NCBI GenBank assembly: GCA_035221665.1
Contig: JAVHYY010000494.1
Coordinates: 1-64,000 of the forward strand
Direction of reading: 5' to 3'
DNA: 64,000 nucleotides
Source: Okamejei kenojei
Taxonomy: Eukaryota
Of this stretch, positions 24,150-37,163 are shown piece by piece. Under the pieces are notes generated by a model. That model worked only from the letters and a program-made list of their open reading frames with translations. It was not told where the DNA came from and did not search any database. The position numbers were made by a program, and so were the translations under genes. The first letter of the stretch is position 1. Every line of letters begins with the position of its first letter.

Positions 24150-27100
24150 CCAATCAATATGATCAAGTCATGTGGGCAGCGGAGGTGGGCTAGCTCTGTA
24201 GGTGAGGGTTGACAGAGGGACTGACGATGTAAAGTCGCTGTGGATTGAATTCTGCAAATGTAAATGATACACGACAATGGTAAGTACAAAACAATAGCCT
24301 GGATATAGGGTGCAAGTTGAAGCAGGAGTTAAAATTGGCATGTAACACATGTAATGTCACTGCTTTTACAGAGATTTCAAAATGCAGGTAGACTGTGAAA
24401 ATCAGGTAGGTTTTAGAAACCAAGAATGGGAATATGTAGAGATGGCTCTGAGATGGGTCCTTAAAGCAACGTCCATTGAAGCCTACCAGAGATAAGGCAA
24501 TTCTGGATTTAGTGTTATCTAATGAACCAGATTTAGGAAGGGAACTCAAGGTAAAGGAACCCTAGGAAGGAATGACCATAATATGATACGTTTTAATCCG
24601 CAATTTGAGTGGGAAAATGTTACATCAGATGTGTCAGTCATGTAGTTGAACAAAGGTCAACACAGTTGACGGCATGAGAGAAGTGCGGGCCAATGCCGAC
24701 TTGAAAATGATCCTAGCAGAAGTGACGGAGGAACAAAAATGGTAGAAATTTCAGGGCATAATGCAGAAGATACAAGATAATTTCATTCCAAGGATGAAGA
24801 CAGATTCTAAGGAAAGTAAGAGGTAACCATGGCTGAAATTGGAAGTTGGGGACGGTAAAAAACTAAAGGAAAAGATGTATAACACAGGAAAGAGCGGCGG
24901 GAAGCCAGAGGAGAGGGCAATTTTCGAAGGACATCAGAAGGTAACAAAAATGGCAATACGGGGGGGGGGGGGAAATAAGAAGTACGAAGGTGAGCTCGCC
25001 AGGAATATAAAGGGCAATAAAAGCCTATTTAGGTATGTTCAGAGAAAAAAAATATTAGTCAAGGCAAATGTGGGTACTTTGACAGCAGAACAGTTGAAAT
25101 TATGTTCAAGTTCAAGTTCAGGTTACATTTATATTCACATGCACCAATTGGCACAGTGAGATTTGATTTCCAAAACAGATATACGAATATAAACGAGCAC
25201 ATTACACGACATAATTTAACATGAATATTTCCACACAGCGGAATCAACGTTTCCCATTGTGAGGGAAGGCCATAACGTTCAGTCAACTTCCTCTTTGTTC
25301 ACCCGTGGTCGGGGCTTTGAGTCCCCCGCAGTCGCCGCAACGGCGGCCCGATGATTCAGGCCTTCTCGACAGGATGATGGAACTCCGACGGCGGAACGGG
25401 AGAATGCTCACAGCGGCTTCCAGTTTCCGAATAGGCCGCTTCCTACCGGGGACCACGGCTGCCGATGTCCATAGGCCGAGCTGGACGGAGCTCCAACGAT
25501 GGAGACCCCCGGCAAAGGATCTTAGGACTCCGCGATGTTAACGTCAGCGCCGCCCGCGGCTGGAAGCTCCGCAGACCACAGCTTCACGATGTTAAAGCAG
25601 CTGGCCGAACACTCCGTTGCTCCACACAGCGATCCCCGGTAAGGCATCGCCCGCTCTGCGATGGAATCCTGTGCTGCGGCGCTGTTGAAGCTCTGGCCAG
25701 TTAGCCTGACATCGGAGCTGGGTAAGATGGCAGAGTTAATTATTAATGAAGTAATAACGGCGTATTTGGATAGCTTTTGAAGATTTGGTCCAAGTCAGCA
25801 TTGATTTATGAAGGGGAAATCCTGCTTGACTAATCTTCTGGAATGTCTTGAGAATGTGCCATGTGAGAGGTCCCTGTCAGAATGGCAGGCATTCTGATCG
25901 GAGTGCCGCAACGCTCGGTGCAGGGACCACAAATATATATTAATGATTTAGATAATGGAATTAAAAGAAACACAAGCAAATTTCCAGAAGATACCACGTT
26001 TGGTGGCATATAAACTGCGAAGAAGATGCTAGGTGGTTGCAGGATGACCTGAACAGATTGAGTGAGTAGGCAGATATATGGCAGATGCGGTATAATGTAG
26101 TTACAGTGATGTTATCCAATTTGACGGAAGAAAATGGAAGCAGATTATTATCTCAATGGTGTCAGTTTGGGGGAAAAGGAATGTGCAACGAGACTCGAAG
26201 TAAACATTCAGGTACAGCAGGTAGTGAAGAAAGCTAATGGCATGTTGGCCTTTATAACGAGTCGATCTGGGTATAAGAGTAGAGGTCCTTCTGGAGTATT
26301 GTGTGCAGTTTTGGTCTCCTAATTTGGGGAAATACATCCTTATTATGGAGTGAGTGTCGCGTATATTAACCACGTTTAATCCCCGGTAGGGTGGTACTGT
26401 CATATGAGGAAATTATCAGGACTATGGAATTCTATTCCTCAGAGGGCGTTGGAGGCAGGTTCCCTGGATGATTTCAAGAGAGAGCTGGATAGGGCTCCTA
26501 AAATTAGCGGAGTCAGGGGATATGGGGAGGAGGCAGGAACGGGGTACTGATTGGGGATGATGAGCCATAATCACATTGAACGGCGGTGCTGGATCGAAGG
26601 GCCAAATGGCCTACTCCTGCACTTATTGTCCATTGTTTACTTTTCTATTGAAAGATTGGAAAGACTGGTCAAGTATTCACTGGAATATAGAAGGATGAGT
26701 GGGAATCCTGCAGAAACAGGACTGGTCAAGATAGATGCAGGAACAATATTACAAATGCAGGTGTCGTCCAGAAACAGAGTGCGCATTCTAAGAGTGAAGG
26801 GGAGGGCATTTCAAACTGAGATGAAAACAAATCTTTCAGCCAGAAAGTTGTACAATTCTGGAATACTCTGTCACAGAAGGCAGTGGAGGCAATTCCTGGA
26901 TGAAATGAAAAGAGAGTGAGATAGACCTCTTGGGGCTGCCAGAATCAAGAGGCATGAGGAGAAGGTAGGCACTGGTTTCTGATAGTGGATGAGCAGCCTT
27001 GATCAAATTGCATGGGCAATTGTGAGCGGTGCGAGAGGGGGACGTGAATACGGAGGTCAAAGTGTTGTATTTGAATGCGCGAAGTATGAGCAATAAAGTG

Positions 27101-30100
27101 GACGAGTTTGTGGCTCAGTTAGTAATTGGCAAGTATGTTGTTGTGGGAATACTGAGACTCAGCCAGGGCTGGGAACTGAATATTCAAGCGTATGCCTCCT
27201 TCCAGACAGACATGTGGGCGGAAGGCGTGTGGTAGCTCTCTTGGTGAGGAATGAAATTCAGTCCCTTGCAAGGGGTCACATTGAAACAGGAGACGTGGAG
27301 CCAGTATGCATAGAACTAAATAATTACAAGGGAAAAATACCGTAGTGGGACATAACATGCCTCAAAGGGTAGCCTGGGCATAGGGTGCAATTTGAATCAG
27401 CAGTTAAAATTGGCATGTAGCAAAGGTAATGCTGTACTTGTTTTGGGTGATTTCAACATGTAGGTAGACTGGGAAAATCTGGTTGGTACTGGACCCGAAG
27501 AAAGGGACATTGTAGAGTGCCTTTGTGATGGATTCTTAGAGCAACCTGTATTGGAGCTCAGGGAGAAGGCAATTCTGGATTTAGTGTTATGTAATGAACC
27601 AGATTTGATAAATGAACCTGAGGTTAATGAGCCATTATTAGGTAGATACCATAACATGGTCAGGTTTAATCTACATTTGAAGAGGGAAAAGGGTAGATCT
27701 GTGGTGTCCGTGTTACAGTTGAATAAAGGGGACTATTGGACCATGAGGGATAAGAAGGCCTAAGTGGACTGGAAATATACCATAGCAGGGATGACAGTGG
27801 AACAACAATGCAAGGTATTTCTAAGAATAATACAGAAGGTGCAGGATCAGTTGTTGGAGGAAGATAGATTCCAAGGGGAGTAAGGGTCGACCGTGGCAGA
27901 CAATGGACATCAGGGACAGTATAAAAATAAAAGAGAAGAGGTACAATGCAGCAAAGATGAGTGGGAACAAGAGGATTAGGTAATGTTTAAAGCGCAACAG
28001 AAGATAACTAAAAAGACAATACGGGGAGAAAAGATGAGTTACGAAGGTAAGCTAGCCAAGAATATAAAGGAGGATAGTAAAAGCTTCTGTAGGTATGTGA
28101 AGAGGAAAAAAATAGCTGAGACCAAAGTTGAACACTTGATGACCGAAAAAGGTGAATTTATTATGGGGAACAAAAAAATGGCAGATTAGTTGAACAGGTG
28201 CTTTGGATCCGTCTTCACTAACGAGGACACAGACAATCTTACTGATAGAGTAGTGGCCAGAGGATCTGGGGTGACGGAGGAACTGAAGGAAATCCACATT
28301 AGCCAGGAAATTGAGTTGGGTAGACCGATGGGACTGAAGGGTGATAAGCCGCAGGGTCTGATGGTCTGCAACCCAGAGTACTTAAGAAAGTGGCTCTAGA
28401 AATCGTGGATGCATTGGTGATAATTTTCCAATGTTCTATAGACTCAAGATCAGTGCTTGTGGATTGGAGGGTAGCTAAAGTTATCCCACTTTTTAAGAAA
28501 GGGGGGGAGAGAGAAAACAGGGAATTATAGATCAATTAACCTGACATCGGTGGCGGGGAAGATGCTGTAGTCAATTATAAAATATGAAATAGCCGCACAT
28601 TTGTATAGCAGTGACAGGATCGGTCCGAGTAAGCATGGATTTACGAAGGGGAAATCATGCTTGACTAATCTTCTGGAATTTTTGGATGATGTAACTAGGA
28701 AAATGGACAAGGAGGAGTCAGTGGACGTAGTGCACCTAGACTTTCAGAAAGCATTTGATACGGTCCCACGTAGGAAAATTAAAGGGCAACATTGGGGCAC
28801 ATGGTATTGGGGGTAGAGTGCTGACGTAGAAAATTGGTTGGCAGACAGGAAACAAAGAGTTGGGATTAACAGGTCCCTTTCAGAATGGCAGGCAGTGACT
28901 AGTGGGGTACCGCAAGGCTCGGTGCTGAGACCGCAGCTATTTACAAAATACATCAATGATTTGGATGAAGGAATTCAATGTAACATTAAAACATTTGCAG
29001 ATGACACAAAGCTGGGTGGCAGTGTGGACTGTGAGGAGGATGCTATGAGAATGCAGAGTGACTTGGACAGGTTGGGGGAGTCGGTAGATGCATGGCAGAG
29101 AAAAAGTTTAAGGTGGATGATGTGTGGTTATCCACTTTGATATCAAAAACAGGAGGCAGATTACTATCTAAATGGCGTCAAGTTGGGAAAAGGGGATGTA
29201 CAACGGGTTCTGGGGGTCCTTGTTCATCAGTTTATGAAAGTAAGCATGTATGTACAGCAGTCAGTGAGTAAAGCGAATGGCATGTTGGCCTTTACAACAA
29301 GAGGAGTCGAGTATAGGAGCAAATAGGTCCTTCTGCAGTTGTACAGAGCCCTAGTGAGACCACACCTGGACTATTGTGTGCAGTTTTGGTCCCATAATTT
29401 GAGGAAGGACATTCTTGCTATTGAGGGAGTGCAACGTAGGTTTACAACGTTAATTCCCGGGATGGCGGGACTGTCATATGCTGTGAGAATGGAGCGGCTG
29501 GGCTTGTACACTCTGGAGTTTAGAAGGATGAGAGGCGATCTTATTGAAACATATAACATTGTTAAGGGTTTGGACACGCTAGAGGCAGGGGACATGTTCC
29601 CGATGTTGGGGGAGTCCAGAAGCAGGGGCCACAGTTTTAGAATAAGTGGTAGGCCATTAAGAACGGAGACGAGTAAGCACTTTTTCACACATAGAGTTGT
29701 GAATCTGTGGATTTCTCTGCCGCATAGTGCGGTGGAGGCCGGTTCACTGGATACTTTCAAGTGAGAGCGAGATAGGGTTCATAAAGATAGCGGAGTCAGG
29801 GGATATGCGGGAGAAGGCAGGAACGGGGTACTGATTGGTGATGATCAGCCATGATCACATTGAATGGCGGTGCTGGCTCGAAGGGCCGAATGGCCTACAC
29901 CTGCACCTATTATCTATTGTCTATTGTCGATTGGTGACTCGAAAGACCATATAGCCTCCCTTTGCACCTATTTTCCAGGTTTCGATGTTTCTATTTAAAA
30001 TCAGTACCCCGTTCCTGCTTTATCCCCATACCCCTTGTTTCCTTTAGCTCTAAGAGCTAAATCTAACTCTCTCGTGAAATCTTCCAGTGAATTGGCCTCC

Positions 30101-31085
30101 ACTACCATCTGTTAGAGTGCTCCACAGATTCACAACTCTCTGGGTGAAACACGTGTTCCGCATCTCATTCCTAAGTTATTTTGGGCCTTTGTGAGACCGC
30201 ATTTATGAGCGATCTTGGTCTTCTAATTTGTGGAAGGACATGATTGCTATTGAGGAAGTGCAGCGTCGGTTCTCGATGTTAATTCCCGTGATGGCGGGAC
30301 TGACATATGAAGAAATAATGGGTTGAGTGTGCTTGTATTCACTGGCATTTTGAAGGATGAGAGGATATCTTATAGAAACATATAACATTCTTAAAAGGTT
30401 GGATAGGCTAGATGCAAGAAACATGTTCCCGATGTTGCGGGAGTTCAGAGCAAGGGGCAAAAAGTTTAAGAACAAGATAGGCCATTTAGGAGTGAGATGA
30501 GGGAAAATCTCTTTCACCCAGAGTGTTGTGAATCTGTGGAATTCTCTGCCACAGAATAGAGTGGAGGACAATTCACTGGATGTTTCAAGATATAGTTAGA
30601 TATAGCTCTTGTGACTAAAGGATTCAAGGGATATGGGGAATACACAGCAACGGGTGCTGATTTTAGATGATCAGCCATGATGACATTGAATGGCGGTGCT
30701 GTCTCGAAGGACCGAACGGCCTACTCCTGCATCGAATTTTCTGTTTTTCTGCTTCTAAATGGCCTACCACTTATTTTTAAACTGGTACCTCTGTTTCTGG
30801 ACTCCCTCAATATCAGGAACATTTTTCCTGCATCTAGCCGATCCAATATGCTTGCTATTGAGGCAATGCAAGCGTTCGTTCACAATGTTAATTCCCGGGA
30901 TGGTGGGGCTGTTAAATGCTGAGAGATGGAGCGGCTGAGCTTGTATACTCTGGAATTTAGAAGGATGAGAGGAGATATTATAAAACATATAAGATATTAA
31001 GGTTTTGACACGCTAGGGGCACGAACCATGTTCCCGATGTTGGGGGCGTCGAGAACCAGGGGCCACAGGTTGAGAATAAGGTTGA
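24150..31085 (+). mobile_element. Tract of degenerate CR1 LINEs (largest ~27030-29930) and fragments
   Basis: [45 protein letters not shown] and RPHLDYCVQFW motifs with many stops. Confidence 0.85.
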
Positions 31086-31384
31086 CAAACATGCTGGATG
31101 CACACTCAGCGGGTGCAGCAGCATCGATGGAGCGAAGGAAATAGGCAACGTTTTGGGCTGAAACCTTTCTTCAGTCCTTATTCTTCGGAATAAGGTTATT
31201 TTGAATATTACGTGGAGAACAGTGGATGTTTGTTCAAAAGTGTGTAAGTAATGTCCACAGGGATGTAATCTCGTTGCCTGTTTTTCCCTTTATTTACTTT
31301 ATAAATATGCCAGATATTTGTTTGTTTCGCTGACAACCGCTGAGCGGCTGCACAAGGAGTGATTGCCTGGACCTGCGCATTAAA

Positions 31385-31454
31385 ATGCATATTTCGTTCG
31401 AGGACAACATAGAACGTGTGTATTATCCGATTCTGGCAGCAATCGGTATACCTG
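31385..31454 (+). CDS. GPR139/GPR142-like GPCR, coding exon 1 (MHISFEDNIERVYYPILAAIGIP)
   Basis: ATG...CCT G|GTATGT; YYPILAAIG(I)P is the start of TM1. The phase-1 donor joins tttcccag|TG AAT CTG to give PVNLMAIVIL. Confidence 0.85.
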
Positions 31455-33129
31455 GTATGTAATTGTCGGAACATCGCATGGAACTAACAAAGACTGTTTG
31501 AAAAGCGCAGAGTATTAAGAGAATATTAAGAGTATTAAGGTTAAGAGAACATACCGAGTAGCATGGATTAGGGCGGAACGCTGGCGCCGCGCTTGAGCAA
31601 TTGTCTTACAGCCCTTGTCTGTACGGATTTGTATGTTCTCTCCGTATCCTTTTGGGGTTTCCCCGCGATCTTCGGTTTCCTCCCAGGCTCCATAAAAGTA
31701 AAATAAATTGTCCCTTGTGTCTGTAGGCTACCATTAGTGTGCGTGATCGGTGCGGATTAGGTGGGCCGGTGGTCTTGTCTTCGCGCTGTATCCCTAACCT
31801 AAAATAAAGTAAGCGATGTGCATGTTAGGAGCGAGGAAGCGCGTTGGTATATTTGATGGATGCCGCTCATTGAAGCTGACGGAAATGTAGCCCTCGCGGC
31901 TTTTTCTACAATCAATCCCCGTACTTGCGCTGTTGGGAGGTGAAACGCAATTTCGTCCTCGCTATGAGTTTATTTCCCAATGTGATACTGCACTCGGCAG
32001 AACGAGAGATACACCCCGTCCAGTCATTTGGCACTGCATTTTCTGTATCGCTCTTAAAATCTCATAGGGATAATTTCGCAGTGACAGATTTGAATGTCGT
32101 AGGAACAACCTGCTCAACAAAAAAGGAGTACAGATAATATAAACTACAAGTGCAGCAATCCAGTGACAACAAATAACTGGTTAACTCAGCCAGTCTTGCA
32201 GCATCTCTGGAGGACCGACGCAGTCGAGGTATCGGGTTGGGATCATTCTTCCGATCGGAATCCGAAGAAGGGGCTCGAGCAGATACGTCGCCTATCTATG
32301 TCCTCCAGAGACATTACTTGCGCCACTGAGATACTCCATCACATGTTCTTGCCAGGTACAGTACGGAGACACGCCCGCAGTTCGGCAGAAAATACCTGTG
32401 CGTTACGTTGTTAGCCTTGTTCGTGAAGGGTGTTTGTAATTATATTTGCTGCGCTTCACTGAAACCCTTTCCTTGGTCTCATGTTCGGAAATATATTCTC
32501 GATGGTCCAATGGAAAACAGACCACGTTAATCCAGAACTCGATTGACTCAATGCCCCGATGCAAACGTTGCTCACGTCTCAGCAATAAAAATAACGCTGC
32601 GCATTTGAATTTCCCGTAATAAAAATGAGATCAAATATTTGATATTGGGAGAATCTCCTCTTAATTCTGATTTGATCGACCGTAATTTGTATTGTTCGTT
32701 TCTTTTTTTAGATACACTGTCCGTCCTGTTGAAAATGTTCTATATATTACACCATCGTCAAACGATTGTCATAATGTTGTAATGATTAGTACAAAAAGGC
32801 AATCCCACTAATTTTGGTTAACAGGATTTTAATCATTTGCAGATTTAATTCCAGAATACCAAAATTAGATTGCCTTTTGTACTGATATTTCCATCTTTAT
32901 GTCAAACATTTATATATGGCAATCCTACTAATGTTGGTAATCAGGAATTTAATAATATGCTGTATGAACATCTTTCTGGCAAACGTTTAACGGATGAATG
33001 ACCAAATATTGATTCGTAAAATAAATACTCTCTACTACTAGCGACACAGAATTAAATTACTCCGTCTGCTCCCTCCCACCAGCCCGTACACCACACAATT
33101 AATGCATTTCTGTTTTCATTCTTTCCCAG

Positions 33130-34039
33130 TGAATCTGATGGCGATAGTGATCTTGTCCCGTGGCAAGTGCGGCCTTTCCAAGTGCATCACTCGTTACATG
33201 GTAGTCATGGCGACCGCGGACCTCTCTGTGATTCTCTGTGAGGTGATACTTCACCGGATTGCTGATCTGTATTGGTGGCATGCTTCTTTGCCCTACACCC
33301 ATGTGTGCAAAATAACGATCTTCCTGGCATCCGTCACGGTGAATTGTTCTGTATGGTTCACAGTCGCTTTCACCTTTGATCGCTTTGTTGCGATTTCTAC
33401 TCAGAAAATGAAAATCAAATATTGCACCGTGAGAACCGCGTCGATTGTTATCCTGACAGTGATCCCATTCGTCTGCCTCAAAAACCTACCCTTGCCTTTT
33501 GCATACACTTCTTTTGGCAGAACGGGTAACAAAAACTGGGTTGCCTGAAACTCGTATATTTTTACGTTCATCCCGAATGGATGGTGTTCTCTTGGACCGA
33601 ACAGTTGTTAACCCCGGTGATTCCATTCTGCCTGGTTTTGCTCTTTAACGCGCTCACCGTCAGGCGTATTTTCGTGGCCAGTCGGATCCGGAGGAAACTC
33701 CGAGACCTCAGCAGTGGGGATAAAAAGAAAGACCAGGAGATGGTGAACCGCAGACGGTCGGTTGTTTTACTTCTGGCAATCTCTAGCTGCTTCATCCTTC
33801 TTTGGGCCACGAGTGTTGCACATTTTATTGCGGTTCGAAGTTTGAAAGTGTTTATGTACAAGGCCTGGAGAAACCCTATGGAAGGATTGGACAAGGTTGG
33901 ATGTATGCTTCAACTGCTGAGCTCCTGCACCAACACGGCCTTTTGCAGTGTGACACAGAGCAAGTTCAGAGAGGAGCTGTACCGTGTGCTAAAATATCCG
34001 ATCCTTTGCACTGGAAAGATATGTAAATCGGTAAAGTGA
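33130..34039 (+). pseudogene. GPR139/GPR142-like class A GPCR, exon 2, with one frameshift at ~33538-33540 (pseudogene or sequencing error)
   Basis: ILSRGKCGLSKCITRYMVVMATADL, SVWFTVAFTFDRFVAI, LLFNALTVRRI, RRRSVVLLLAIS, LQLLSSCTNT..VTQSKFREEL. ORFs 33102-33548 and 33581-34039 are in different frames; adding one G gives NWGCLKLVYFYVHPEWMVF and a 326-aa 7TM protein. Confidence 0.88.
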
Positions 34040-34268
34040 TAGGTAGAATAATATAATAAAAACGAGTGACCAGCTGGGCTTCATGCTCTGGGGTTTATCG
34101 GAACATATACCATTTAATGTGTGGACATTTGATGTCATTTCGCCCTGTCGGTCACGCCCAGGTGCTTAGGTGGTTCATGTGCTCAATTGAGTCTCACCGC
34201 ATGTACCTATTCCCAAGTGTTCAGTTCAATCATACAACTTATGTTTTTTTCATCAATATGCATACATA

Positions 34269-35895
34269 CAGTGGCTTGCAAAAGTATTCATACCCCTTGA
34301 ACTTTTCCACATTTGTCACGTTACAACCACAAACATAAATGTATTTTATTGGGATTTTATGTGATAGACCAACACAAAGTGGCGCATAATTGTGAAGTGG
34401 AAGAAAATTGATACATGGTTTCCAAATTTTATTACAAATAAAAAACTGAAAATTGTCGCGTGCAAAAGAATTCAGCCCCCCTGAGTCAATACTTTGTAGA
34501 ACCACCTTTCGCTGCAATTACAGCTGCAAGTCTTTTGGGGTATGTCGCTACCAGCTTTGCACATCTAGAGACTGACATTTTTGCCCAATCTTCTTTGCAA
34601 AATAGCTCAAGCTCAGTCGGATTGGATGGAGAGCGTCTGTGAACAGCAATTGTCAAGTCTTGCCAGAGATTCTCAATTGGAGTTGGGTCTGGACTTTGAT
34701 TGGGCCATTCTAACACATGAATATGCTTTGATCTAAACCATTCCATTGTAGCTCTGGCTGTATGTTTAGGGTTGTTGTCCTGCTGGAAGGTGAACCTCCG
34801 CCCCAGTCTCAAGTCTTTTGCAGACTCTAACAGGTTTTCTTCCCAGTTTGCCCTGTATTTGGGTCCATCCATCTTCCCATCAATTCTGACCAGCTGCCCT
34901 GTCCATGCTGAAGAAAAGCATCGCCACAGCATGATGCTGCCACCACCATGTTTCACAGTGGGGTTGGTGTGTTCAGGGTGATGTGCAGTGTTAGTTTCCC
35001 ACCACACATAGCGTTTTGCATTTATGCCAAAAACTTTAATTTTGGTATCATCAGACCAGAGCACCTTCCTCCACATGTTTGCTGTGTCCCCCACATGGCT
35101 TACGGCAAATTGCAAACGGGACTTCTTATGGCTTTGTTTCAACAATGGCTTTCTTCTTGCCACTCTTCCATAAAGGCCTGATTTGTGGAGTGCACGACTA
35201 ATAGTTGTCCTGTGGACAGAATCTCCCACCTGAGCTGTGGATCTCTGCAGCTCCTCCAGAGTTACCATGGATCTCTTGGCTGCTTCTCTGATCAATGCTC
35301 TCCTTGCCTGGCCTGTCAGTTTAGGTGGACTGCCATGTCTTCGTAGGTTTGCAGTTGTGCCATACTCTTTCCATTTTCGGATGATAGATTGAACAGTGCT
35401 CCGTGAAATGTTCAAAGCTTGTGATTTAAGTTTGTAACCTAACCCTGCTTTAAACTTCTCCACAGCTTTATCCCTGATCTGTCTGGTTTGTTCCTTGGGC
35501 TTCATGATGCCCAAGGAACATTGTTTGTTCACGAATGTTCTCTAACAAACCTCTGAGGCCTTCACAGAACAGCTGTATTTATACTGAGATTATATTACAC
35601 ACAAGTGGACTCTATTTACTAATTAGGTGACTTCTGAAGGCAATTGGTTGCACTGGATTTTATTTAGGGGTATCAGAGTAAAGGGGGCTGAATACTTTTG
35701 CACGCCACACTTTTCAGATTTTTATTTGTAAAAAGGTTTGAAAACCATGTATCATTTTCCTTCCACTTCACAATTTTGCGCCACTTTGTGTTGGTCTATC
35801 ACATAAAATCCTAATAAAATACATTTACGTTTGTGATTGTAACGTGACAAAATGTGGAAAAGTTCAAGGGGTATGAATACTTTTGAAAGCCACTG
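34269..35895 (-). mobile_element. Tc1/mariner transposon (Passport-like), full length
   Basis: TA|CAGTGGCTTGCAAAAGTATTCA...TTTTGAAAGCCACTG|TA, ~210-bp TIRs, uninterrupted transposase ORF. Confidence 0.96.
34486..35505 (-). CDS. Tc1 DD34E transposase, 339 aa from MKPKEQTRQ
   Basis: Paired-like HTH N-terminus, WSDDTK / FQQDNNPKH / 34 residues / PIENLW, C-terminus KGGSTKY. Confidence 0.92.
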   Translation of the reverse strand: MKPKEQTRQIRDKAVEKFKAGLGYKLKSQALNISRSTVQSIIRKWKEYGTTANLRRHGSPPKLTGQARRALIREAAKRSMVTLEELQRSTAQVGDSVHRTTISRALHKSGLYGRVARRKPLLKQSHKKSRLQFAVSHVGDTANMWRKVLWSDDTKIKVFGINAKRYVWWETNTAHHPEHTNPTVKHGGGSIMLWRCFSSAWTGQLVRIDGKMDGPKYRANWEENLLESAKDLRLGRRFTFQQDNNPKHTARATMEWFRSKHIHVLEWPNQSPDPTPIENLWQDLTIAVHRRSPSNPTELELFCKEDWAKMSVSRCAKLVATYPKRLAAVIAAKGGSTKY

Positions 35896-37163
35896 TATGC
35901 CGAGAAGATATTGTTTTCAAAACGAGTGAAGATTTTCAGTTAAATATATGCAACGTGTTATTCAAGTCAATCTGCAATGAAAGGACAAATGCTAAATTAA
36001 AATCACAAGCGCACAATAGTAGGACAAGAGCATATACCGTACAGGTGAAATGGATTTAAAAGGGGAGGAGTGGGGTGTATGTAATAGAAAATGTATTACC
36101 TGCCTCCAAGTTAAAGGGGGAGGAGTGTTAAGTATGGGATAATTAGGATAAGTAATAGGTGCCTTGTGATATCTGGGGCAAGTACGCATGAGCAGAAAAA
36201 GACTGGTGGCGGCGTCCTGCAGAAGAGAAACTTGTATGATTGCTCCCGTGTCCGAGCCTTTATTCAAGACTGTTGAAAGCATCAGAATACACAACAAATG
36301 GCGACAAGGATAAAAGAACGAAGATAAGAACAAGGCCAGCACGAAGAATAGAAAACAAAAGTTAAAAATAGAAGTAGTATTTGGAAACAAGTGGAACAGC
36401 ACCATGCCAAATGGGTTTGAATTGGCGCCCAAAAGGAAAAAAGGTAGAAACGGGAAGCAATAGCTCTGGGAAGAGCTAGGAAAACAAGCTGGGGCAGTAA
36501 GCGTCACTAAGCACGGTGTCAGCTTACCTGGAATATATCCAGGGCTGTGCAGCCCAAAGCCAAGCCCAAGCAGCAGCCACGGACGTCGGGTGGGGGCCTA
36601 GTACCGTGAAGGCAGCGGACAGATCCAGAGGGCCACTGACAGAGGCTGGGGGGGGGGGGAGGGGGGAGAAAACAGAGAAAGCCCGGTCGGGATCAGAATC
36701 AGCCCGACCGTGAACAGAAAAGTGGACAGGCCAGCGAGAGAAGTTGACTTGCGGCTAAAACTTGAACAGTATAATGTAAGTGACTGTCCTAAAAACTGTC
36801 GCGATCGCCAGCAAAGGCATGCAGGACTGATTATCTACAGCACCCGATTAGCAGCCGGTTTTTCATCTACTAAAAGACTAAACTGTTAAATACCTTGAGA
36901 CCCACAACATCCAAATGCCTTCAAAGTAATGGCTGAAGCAATAAATCAAATGGAACTGTAAATTAATTGCTGAATCTGCCAAAATAAAAAGGGGGGGGGG
37001 GGTGGAAAATAAGTGTTTGGTCATTGAGTGAAATCCAGTTCATCATATCGGGGTGGATGAATCAGAATCTGCACAAAAACATTAAAAGACTTGACAGTGT
37101 TCTATAGATGATTTCCTTTCATCATTGAGTAAAAAGTATCATTGCTAATTAACGAGGTTTTCG

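Noticed and set aside
22100-35895. Two inverted Tc1 copies bracketing the GPCR as a composite transposon
   Set aside because: Each copy has its own TA duplication. The left copy interrupts a contiguous older repeat tail (tatcatgTA|tctgtacactgtg), indicating independent insertion.
35992-36507. 171-aa hydrophobic minus-strand ORF
   Set aside because: Antisense of purine-rich repeat-like sequence; no recognisable domain or splice structure.
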